64,000 bases of DNA, taken from NCBI RefSeq assembly GCF_964355755.1, contig NC_092670.1, forward strand, positions 30,182,388-30,246,387, written 5' to 3'. Made by a program: the position numbers and the translations under genes. The stretch comes from Antedon mediterranea. Lineage: Eukaryota > Animalia > Echinodermata. The notes beneath the pieces were generated by a model that saw nothing but the letters and a program-made list of their open reading frames with translations, did not search any database and was not told where the DNA came from. Below are positions 28,101-40,100 of the stretch, piece by piece. The number at the start of each line of letters is the position of its first letter. The stretch's first letter is position 1.

Positions 28101-31100
28101 CCGCCGAAACTAGACTAGATAGCCTCGACTCTCTCTCTGCGTGAGCTGAGGTCCACGGACCCGATGTCGTCTCGTCGGCGGATTTCCGTCCAAATTAGGA
28201 TAACCGATGCGTAGGCCTCTAGGGTGGCTACAAAAATTGACGTCTACTATCTTTAGATAGGATTTTAATTAGCAAACAATACATTGTTTGTTTGCATTGT
28301 CCATGCTTCTAAAGGCGATGACAATGGTGTTTACTAACCCTACGAACCACCCTACGATCGACGCGTAGATAATTATAACAATACATCGTAGACTACGTTC
28401 AGAGAACAATGACCTACGATGAATTTTACGTGCGAGAGTACCATTTCCGGCCATCTAGAGGTGTCATTTATCAAAATTCGGCTCGCCACAGGCCCAACCA
28501 TGGTGGGCCTGTGCCTCGGATACTTAATCAAAATAATGGCTCTCCTCAACATATTGAGGAGAGCCATTAGGAGCTCTCCTCTTATATTTATAAATCAAGG
28601 TCTGTCAATAGATCAATTAAAAAAACAAATGGTTGATTATTTTAATTTGATACCTACCAATATAACTCTCATCTTCTTCCCTAGAGGGGTACCATGATGA
28701 TACATCTGCAACATTGATTTCTGGTCCCATGCCAGTCTCAGTCACAGAAACAACACTTCCTGAACGAGAGAAATAAAAAGGTTTCTTAGAAGGTTTGGAA
28801 GATGGTACATATACAATAAGTGGTATACAAACAAATGTGTTTGCTGGTTATGAGACAGAGAAACAGATACCAATTACAAACATATAAAAAGGTTTTAGGT
28901 GTATAAAACACAATTTACAATATAAAAAACATACAAACGACATAGAGAAAATGGAAACTATAAATATCAAGAAAAAACGGACAACCTACAGATTGTATGA
29001 AAAAAAGATAAAAAGATATAAACCATTTTAGCATAAAAATCTGAGAAAGTACTCTATAAAAATAAATTTGTTTAAATTTAAATTTTCTTTTGAATTCAGC
29101 ATTGTACATATGTATTGAGTTATGAATATCTAGCCCTATTTGTATTGCTTTTAATTGCTCATTAGTCCACTTTTATTTACAGACAAATTAAGGGAATGCC
29201 TAATATCTTTTATAGCAATATGATGGTAGACAGCTTCCTTAAAACTAACTTTTTATGGAACTCCAGTTCAGCGATTTTCATAATGCAAACATTTTGTTAT
29301 ACATTGTAAGGTCGGTTACTTAACCAAACTATAAAATTACTTGTAAATACACTTAAAATGACTGAATTAAAAACAGTAGAAATACTTGGGTATTAACTTT
29401 GATTGTATAGTTTACAGAGAAAAAATAGCCGTTGCTTTTTTGTAAAGTGAATGTTTAACGTCCATGTATTACAGTAGCTTACAGTCAAGTGGTTTGAGTC
29501 TTCCAAGTTAGTAAAAGTATTGAAGAACATACAGAGAAGCACATGCAATTAGAATGGAGATGCCTTCACATAACTATACAAAGATCACAAATAATTGAGA
29601 AACTCATTTCAAACAATGGGGAAAAGAAAGATTGCTAAGAATCCAAAGGAGCAACATCTAACTTATTTGGAAATTCCTCCAAGGTGAAGAGATAAATCAA
29701 TAGATGTACTGGTAGGTATAGGGTGGCATAATAATTAAAAAGTTATTGCATATAAATAAAATCGGTATAATATATATAAAAATACTATGTAAAATAAAAG
29801 TAATGGCATGTTGGCATTAAACAAGAAATGATCATCTGCAATTTGAAATTGGTAATTTTTCCAATAGGCATAAATTATTGTACTGTAACTGTCATAGCTG
29901 TGATACATCCACTCAATAATATTTAATAATATAAACACATCCTTTGAAAAGCTTTATTTAGGCTCTGACTGTTCTAATTCTAATTTTAAATGCAGTTTAA
30001 CTTTTTATTTGTCATGTTTTAGATTGTTTGTAATCTGTCAATTAAATTATGTTGTATACAACTATATTATATAAGCTACAGTAAGCCACTATGATGATTG
30101 AAAGAAGTCCTCCGGTAAATGTGTTTGTGTTTCCTGCCATTTTTTTCAAACTAGTATTACTGAGCATATGTCAAACCAAAGGTTGTCCATATGGAATCAT
30201 TAGGAAACCAATCATTTCCCATGATTGTCAGTATAGGAAAAATTAAATTCTCATTCAATTCTGTTTATAACAAGGTCAAATAAGAAAGTTGGCAGAATCA
30301 GTTGACACTGATATTGTTCATTTAAAAAATGTACTATATACAGTAGGCTTACACCGACAACTCGCAACACGCATTTTCCGACTCGCAGAAAAGAAACCTT
30401 AAAAAATATTACTATTAAAACACTGATTGTTTCCAGTTATTTTTTTCCATTTTTTACCTCCGCCAAGGAGGTATATGTAATCGATCATGTGTGTTTGTTT
30501 GTTTTATTAGCAGGATTACTCAAAAGTAATTACAAGATCCTTTCCAAAATGAAAATACAGATAGGAAAAGATAGGACAGAATTTTCAAAAGCCGGTGAGC
30601 AAGTAAACTACATTGCATTTTCTCGAGAACTACTGTACTTGTACAAAAAACTTCATTTTTGTTCTAGAGGCAAGAATTATAATTTGTGGTTTGTAATTTT
30701 AAAACATAATTAGATTTAATGTACACGTTTTTTTGATGCGAGTAGTTTAAAAAACCACCTATTTCTTTTCAAATTTGTTCATGTTTTTCGTGCTGCTGTT
30801 CTATTGTTAGTCAGCTGAAGCTATTGTTAGTTGAAAGGCTGGTTTACATAACCATCACACCAAACTCGCATTGCAGTAGTGAAATTAGTCTAAATCACAC
30901 AGTATTAAGACACACACAATTTTTCCGGAGACTAAATCTTATGTAGGAGAATTTTACTACTTCAGTTCAGTTCAGTTCAATAATACATTTATTTAAGATG
31001 GTCACAATATATAACAAACAATATTACAATAAACAATAATAAACAATTAATATAAGACCATCTTAGGGATCAAAATTAGAAGTAGAACTTGTCTCACATT

Positions 31101-34100
31101 GACCCCTAAAATAATAATAATAATTCAAACAAAAATAAGAACGGTACTGTATAAATATACAAATACAACGCATACAATTAAATAAATTATACAGTGCGCA
31201 ACATATTTAGTAGGTTTGGTAACAAGATAAATAAAGGGTTTTTATATGCTTTCTAAATGAATTTACAGTATATAAATGATTTGTGGCAGTTGAATCTAGA
31301 TTATTCCAATACGTTGGTCCTAAATAAGTAATAAAAAACTGGCTTTTTCTAAGTTTAACAAATGGAACATACAATTTATGTGGATTTCTTATGTTATAGG
31401 TATGATCTAATAAACGATTTGAAAATAACATTGAAACAGACTTTGGTAGTAAACCAGTAACATATTCAAACATAAAAGAAGTAACTTGAAGTTTATGAAG
31501 GTCATATATTTTTAAAATTTTAAGTTTTTTAAACAAAGGTTCTGATGCAGATGTAGATTGTTCAAAGTTTAATAATCGAACAATACGTTTTTGTAAAATG
31601 AAAATTCTATGTAAATTTGAAGGATAATCAGCTGCCCATATAATATTGCAATAAAGTAAATGTGGTAATATAAGCGAATTATACAAAGAAAGTAAAATGT
31701 GTTGAGGAAAAAAATATTTTATCTGGTTTATAACACCCAATGCGTTTAGACATTTTGATTGAAATATTTTTCTGATGACCGGTCCAATTTAAGTTTTCAT
31801 TAATTAAAATTCCAAGAAATAAAGTTTCGCTTTTTCGGTCCAGATTTTTACCATTTAGAACAACTTGAATGTTTTTGTTACTTAATTTATGCCTGTTTCG
31901 ATAGGAGTGAAATATAATGAAATTTGTTTTTGAAGTATTAATCAATAATTTATTAGAAGAAAACCAATTTTCAATCTTATTTAATTCTAAATTAAAGGTA
32001 TTTACTAATAAATCAATATTTTTGTTTGAATAAAATAAAGGCGGAGGTATGCACTCTCGGAGTGGCTTTCTAGTTTTTTTTTTGTATTACTATAACAATA
32101 ATAGAGGCTTGATGCAAATTGCCATGTTTTTATATTTCGTTAAGTTGTTGCTGTCTTGTATTTTCTTTTATTTTACTTGCTGAAACTGTTGAATAGGGAC
32201 CATGTCAAAATCATTATACTGCAATTAAGCAATACTACAGTAAAAATCATATATATTTATTATAAATGATGACAAATTGCAAATTCTAAAATAATATCTA
32301 ATTAATATATATAATTTACATTAATTAAATAAAAAGGAAATTGGTATTTAAGCAGTCCGGAGACCAATTGTGCTTTAAGTGGGTTTAATGTTAAAAACAT
32401 AACATGACTACTGTACATGTACATGCGATTGTTTTATAGTAATTGGTATGTTCTCTTATTAGGAGTGTTTTGTTTAATCAAGTATCCCTAATATCAATTT
32501 ATTTCTCTATCAGCATCAGCATCTTATCTTTCTTTCTTTCCCATTTGCTAATAGTAACAGTAAATGGATGTATAAATTATATCATATGTTAATAAACTTT
32601 ATAAATCACTGGGTAACCATTATATACAGTACTTCACTTTATAAATCACTGGGTAACCATTATATACAGTACTGCACTTTATAAATCACTGGGTAACCAT
32701 TATATACAGTACTTCACTTTATAAATCACTGGGTAACCATTATATACAGTACTTCACTTTATAAATCACTGGGTAACCATTATATACAGTACTGCACTTT
32801 CAATTTGAGATTAAATGTCTGTACAACTATGATATTCATAAAAAAATATTGCCTACTGCAATAAAGGAGGGAAAAGAAGCAGGGGAGAGAAGGAAATGTT
32901 TCTTTTTCATCTTACAGTTTAAATTGCCTTTTTCTTATTTTGTTTTTCGTATGTTTTACAAAGAGGAGGAGGGAAGAGGAGGAGGGATGGGAAGGATAGA
33001 CAGGAGTAGGGTAGGAGAGGATGGTAAAGCAGGTTGGAGGGGACGACGGAAAAGAGAAGCAGATGAGCAGAGAGGAGGCAAGATAGTGCAAAGGAGAATG
33101 AGAGGAAAGAATAAGACTAGGAGGGAAAAGAATTAGGAGAGAACAGCTTTACATTCTTTTTTCAACTTCTGAACCTCAACTGAAACATTCAAGATACAGT
33201 GACTGTTGATTTTTTTATATTTGACCTGGATCATTTAGCATGAGAAATCTTTTGATTCAAAACAAACATGACACATGATGATTTTGTGTCAAATATACAT
33301 AAATAGATCAAAGACAATTGAGAAAGGTACAGGAAACAAAGAGGCTTAACGCATTTCCCACTACACTGTATAGTAAAGTGGCTTTGGTGACAGATATGTG
33401 ACATTGGTACCTTGTAGTACACTCTTAAACAATCTTATTTGGTCATGGTTGCGTTTACAGTACTTGCCAAAATTATTTTAACAAAATATTATCTACATAA
33501 TTGAAATTGAATGTGCAATCAAAAATGTCAAAAGTTTGATTAATAATACGGTAGCACCGAGAGAATGTCTACCTACCATTTATTTAAATCAACAGCATCT
33601 CATTTCAAGCACCACTAAAAAACATCAGAATGTTGCTAGCGCAAGTGGTATTTCAACATTCATTTTACATGATAACTATAGCTCTAATTATTACTTAATT
33701 TATTCATACTATTAACAAGTAGGCCTAATGTGTTTTACTGTAGAAAACGCACACACAAACAGTGCATTCTAACAATTTAATGATCTCAATGGTTTAGCAA
33801 TTTCCATTGTATGCTAATATTAACACTAACATTTTGTCAGATGGCAAACAGAAAACAGGTACATAAGTCTCAAGAGAATGTCTATTAAAGTCTATAAAAT
33901 ACCAATGAATATTAAATGCCCAGGGCATCAATAAGCAAAATGTTTAGATTTAACCAAAGTTTGACAGAATGTCAAAAATGTTTTTTACAATACAAGTGAA
34001 AAAAAAGGTTAATAAAAAGTACTAGTTAATAAATGTTAGAATGAAACAATAAAAAGTACTGTAAGTCCAGATTTCAAAAAATAAAAATAATTTATTGTTT

Positions 34101-37100
34101 TTATAATACAATTATTCTAGGTTTGTTATAAAACTAGGTAATGCAGTGAGTGCTCTCATACCTCTCCAAGCAAGTGATCCAACTGCTCCAAGGATGAGAG
34201 TGTTGCCATCAATTGAATACTCAGCACTGAATCCAGCCTGACACCAACCATGCCATGGAATGCCTCTTCCATTTATATCAGCTTTGATTTGTGTTTCTGT
34301 AGGATCCAAGAAAAAAAGAAAATTAAGGTAAAACTACCCACTGTAGAGTACATAATTATCATGAGGCAAGTTTCTAAATACAAAATCACATGTGATACTG
34401 GTTTCCCCTAATCTTAACCAACAATAAAAATTCATATGATACAGTTATAACATGTGAAAAACATAATGCTGTATTATGGAACTTTCCTATTCCAACACAA
34501 CATACAAAACATAGAATCTGGTGAGGACTACTGCAATACAGATCATTTATTAATTAACATGTTCCCTTGTGAATTTACTGTAAAGTACTTTTGGTCGACT
34601 TTTATCTTATAATGTTACTTTCTATTTCATTCAAGTGAACTGTCGTGTTACATTTGTGTCAGTGTTTATTAAATTTGCAGTACTAGTTGGTATGGCAACT
34701 ATTACCATATGTGCCATCTAAATATCAAATTAAATATAAGATTAAGAGTTTTCCTATCTTACTTAGCATCTTACTTCCAACATGGATATCATTAGCAATT
34801 ACTGTGTAAATGCTATGAGGAATACAATTAGAACTTAGAAGGGAATACTTGCTGTCTCCTCAGTCTAATTATTCAAGTGACTATGTACAGTAGTAGACAA
34901 TGGGATGCTATCACCTAAAAATATGCTTTTTTTTAACTTTACTACTGTGAGTGTGAGAACAGAGGTTTACAAGAACCATGTATTAATGTTATGAACAAAA
35001 TGTGATAATGACATGAAACATACTGAGCCATAACAATAAAAACCCACAATTATACTGTCTGTCTTTGATATCTATGACACTTAATTAAATAAAAGAAAAG
35101 AAGCAAATGAAAAAATAGTTGGCAGATTGCTGAATATTGCTGATTAAATTATTTAAATAAAGAAAAAAAAAATACATTTGTACAACACTTTGTGTAGACC
35201 TACTAGAATTTGTGGACTAAATGAAAAGATTTTCAAAAAAATATTATTCAATTAAACTATTTTATATTTAAATGTTTATACATGGCTTATAATATTTAAA
35301 AATTCAGCAGTTTTAATACTAAATGAACAAAAGTGTTACAGTCTTTACAGCACTACAATACATATGAACATGTTGTTGAGGACAGCCTGGCTTTGTGTGG
35401 GTGGTGAGAGATATAATCAAACACTGAACTACAACTACATTATGCTTGATAATATAATTACAAATTGAGTGTAAATCCATAAGATTTCTATTTAAATGTA
35501 GTAATTACTACTACTGTACAAGACTAAATCAATTGGATATGTTTTGACTATGAGGTTTTAAGGACAATCTATCCCACACTGTGTTACACCCAGACTCTGT
35601 GTACAGTAGTAATACTTTCAGTACTGTTGGGGCTAGACTCTGGAACAATCTGCCTTTACATATTAAAAACTCAACATCTTTGGACAATTCCACTTCTAAA
35701 AAATTATTCTTTTTGACAGCGCTATGAGCAATGATCAGTGGAATGGCGCTTAAAAAATGATTAAGAGATTGATTGATAATACTAATAGTAATAGATGAAC
35801 TTGATCTAGGATTTGTATCTCTTGGAAAAACACATTTTAAGTAATAAACAGTGGGATTGACTACGAGGACTTTGTACTTCTTTTGCATTTCTTTAAACAC
35901 CAATTTGAGTGGGTGAAATAAACATCATTTCTTCAGAGACAGGTCTGATGTTAGCGTTTATTATAGACGCAGGTTGCAACACAAAGAACGATTATGGTTT
36001 TTTTAACTTTATCACCAATAATGACGTATTTCAACGAGGTCAATGTTCTGAAAAGCAGTTTCCCTTGAGAATAAAAGTTCAGAAGAAACGCAATTGAAGG
36101 GCACTAGATTAACAGATACTAGTTCAGGTAATTAGTATTCGTTCCTATGCACTGCACGCACCAAACTAACATACATTTTTAGTGTACTACTTGCGTCTAG
36201 GTTAGGGAATGGCACTAAATGCATTTAATTCTAGAGGGGTTAGCTTCAGATATTTACGTTGATTATTTAGGGGTTAGGAATACTAAAGTGTATTTATGAC
36301 TTGGGTTAGTTATAGTGTTATGATTTTATTTGTTTTTTTTGCTTTGTTTATCAGAAACACATTCTTAGACATGATGTAGTTACCTGTGAGACATGGCCTT
36401 ATCTTTTCTACTGTCATATAGTTTAATGCTGAATCTAGCTTGTAGCAGACACCATTTGGTAGAATGGCATCTGCATAAAATGTGTTTGCCCATCGATGAC
36501 CACATACCTGTTGAGAAAGAAATACATGAATCAATATCAAATGATCGGATTATGATTATTTGGAAGCGCTAATAATTTAAAACTTTAATAATTACACATT
36601 TTATTAAATTCAGATTAATTGAATATAATAACAAATCACATTCATTAACTTTTGAATTAAAAAGTTTTTTAATGCAGGCAGTAGATAGGCTTGGGGGAGA
36701 TTGACTTTCTGTGTGTGGTCGGGTGGTACTGTTTTATCTTGCATGTCTGTAAATGTTTTGCAAGTTACATACAGTAGGCCATTTGTAAAAAGAATTATAT
36801 AAATTTCATTTCAGAAAGCATACTAGTTATGATTAATATTCACATTATGTTTTTGTCTAATAATATAGAGTACAGTGACGTAAGGAAAAACCAGTGTACA
36901 TACATGCGAGTGACATAAGAGGAAATACAAGTCCACGTACAGTTACAGTATAGCTGTATAATAAAGGAACACTCTAATTTCCTTAGTCTAGCTATTCTTA
37001 AAATAGAGCATCCATTAAAGGCCAACGTGATGCTATTTAAACTAGATATAGTCTGCTCTTTATTAGAACAATTTGATAATAATAAATATTTTAGCATTGT

Positions 37101-40100
37101 GTTATTATGAATTACATGTTACATTATATTATTATTATTATCATATCACGTTCTTTCTAATAAGAAAATTAATAATTTTCTTTAAAAAAATCACATTTGG
37201 ATAAATTTACAAAATGTGCATGGTGTCTGAATTTTGCATAATAGGGGTGAAATTTATATTCGAGCGTTGGATTATACTTGGTCATGGTATTATTAATGGT
37301 ACTTATTTTGTTAATTAAATTTCTTTGTCAACTACCCAAAAAAACAATATACTATTCTATAATCTCACAGGGATTGCTGTCTCAGAAATAGTTTGCCCTA
37401 TCTGCATTTAACTAATTACATAGGAGGATCCAGGTGATTTTTGGCAGCTGACAAATTAAATGCAAAACTAGGACATTAGCATTCATTTTATAATTTTTAG
37501 GCCCTCAAATCAAATCTACTGTACCATCATCTCAAGTATGTATATAGCAGTTTGACATTAAAATATACATTACTAAGTGTCAGTCTCATAAAATAAAACA
37601 TAGGAAAATCTTATTAATTGTTGAATGTCAATAGTTATTGTCAAATGTATACAATTCCATGCTTTCCATAATGATCAGTAATTGGTTGTAAGGTCAACAA
37701 TTTCCTGTAGGCTATTCTGCTGCAGTTTATTAGCTGAATGGAAAACATAAGTGAAAATGAACAAAATGTTTTAAATTAAAATCTCTCTAAATTGGTGATT
37801 ATGTTTATGATACTGTTAATTGCTATATGTGTATGTATTGCATATGCTGTTTTCAAGGTTTGTGCATATACTATTGAAATTGATTAAAATATATATTTAT
37901 ACTGGGAACCTCTTCAGTCAAAGACTGGTCTCCCAGAGGGCCCAGTTATGATCAGTGGCTGTGATGTACTAATACACCCCTACTCGTCTCGAAAGATGTA
38001 CTAGGTTCTCTAAAGTGCACACGAGCTAGATGTGTACACTGGACCTACGGTTTATAGTCCTTATCCGAGAAGAATCGTTCTACCACCAGAACCATGGAGT
38101 GAGTGAGCCTCGAACCCATGCCGATGTTATGGCTACGTAATTACGGTTCCACTGTCTTAACCGCTTGGCCACTTACTCACACTCCGGCCACTCACTCACA
38201 CTTTTACTAGACATAGGTGAAACAGTAGTAAACTGTAATTAAGAAATCATTGGTACAAAATTGTTCTTTATGGCACAAGTATGTGATCTTCAATATAATA
38301 GGAAGGAATGGGTACAAAAAAGTTATCTTTTTGAAGGCATGGGTCCATCAGACTTTAGGAAAGTATGGATACCATCACCATCTACCACACACATTATGAT
38401 ACATTTTTGTTTGTCAATAAATGAAGACTTACTGCAACTCTTCCAGTAAATGGTTCTCTTGTTAAAGATGACCCCAACCATTGATTGTCTTTCTGATCCT
38501 GAACCAATGGCCTCACATCATATGTAGTTCTTTCATTGCCTTGAAAACAATAAGTTTGTTAACAATTGTCAGTCAGATGTTATGATAATGATGTAATTGT
38601 CTACTTTAGACTGCTGTTATTTTCTTTTTTAGTCCACCAGTCGGTGTTTCGATTTTTGTGTTTCAAGCTCATGTATTTTAAGTATGAAACGCCATGTGTG
38701 CCAAAATGTTTATCTTTTAACAAATATTAAGCAGTACATTAACACAGGCTGGAAACCACTGGTTTTGGCAATCTAGGGCCCCTCCAACACTGGAGACAGA
38801 GGGTTAGAGCAAGGTAATACCTTAAACTTGCTTAAAAACGACCACTATACTAGGCCTATCATTATATTTGTTTTTACTTTAAATTCGGAATAGTATTTTT
38901 TTTATGCACTTGCAATTGTATCCCACTATATACGACCACTACCAGGATCATTTTGATTTATCTGATGTGGTGCGTCATACTTTATGAATACCATGACGCA
39001 CCCCTGCACCAAAAAAGTGACTTTTAATACCTTTAGGTGCAACCTGCCTGGACCATTTTGAAGAACAATGAATAAGGCATTGTGTCTTGTGACCATGTTG
39101 TTCATAATAATAATATGGTGGATTGTAAAGTGACGGACACGGACGGACACACCATCATTGTTTTGATGTGTCAGTCATACCATTTTTTAGATTTTTTGAT
39201 GCATGCATCAATGATAGCCCTATCATTGATTATTTGTAAATGACGCATCTATGACGCACCTCTACGGAAGCCAATCACTCCGGCCGCGCTTCACTCCGGC
39301 CGCCGTATCAGTTTAGCGCGATGTTATGCACTCCGGCCACTATTCAATTCGACTTCTTGTGCAAAGGGGGCCGTTAGTATGGAGAGCCCATATCTACGTT
39401 TTCTATACTGTTCAGTGTTATAACAAATACTTGGTGACCAAAAGAATTAAAAGAAAAAAGAATTTAAATGGAACTAGTTGAATATTTATTAGAAGTTGGA
39501 ACTGCTTTTTCTTTCAAACTAAACTTAACTTTTTCCTTTCAAATAATAAAAATACCCGTCTAATTAATGCTTGAATAACAATATTTAATTTCTTTCTATG
39601 TACATTTTATAGCTTTACATTAACATTAAAAATTAGTTAAAAACCTTATTTTTATAACACTTTATATTGCCAGTACCCATACTTACTAATTATAGTTAAT
39701 AACAATATGTAAAATATTAATAAATTTATTTCAAATAATCAAATATCCATCTAATTAATGTTTATTTTGATTCTCTACAAAAAATGTGTCTCGGTTGTAA
39801 AAGACTCATTGGGCGCTCCATAGCTGCGGCCGGAATGAATAATCGCTGCCGGATTGAATCGCTGCAGAGCCGGATTTGTATTGCCGGAGTGATCTGTATT
39901 CACCTCTACCGGGGGTCATATAGTGGGTCATACAATTGACAAGTGGATTAATTAAATATAGCCTGTATAGCAAAAGTACCTTCAGTATAGACTATAGAGT
40001 ATACCTAGGCCCCTCCTATGTATGTATACAAACAAGTAGCTACCGCACTGTAGCATAAAAATATAGGCCTAACGTACTATTCTAAACTGAAAACTCTAGC

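Noticed and set aside
29280-29700. Faint RT-like remnants (YLGI-like)
   Set aside because: Too degenerate to support a call without a database search.
32849-33136. 95-aa Arg/Gly/Glu-rich ORF
   Set aside because: It derives from a low-complexity GA-rich tract.
35529-35903. 124-aa minus-strand ORF
   Set aside because: It is largely the antisense of a LINE 3' remnant on the plus strand.
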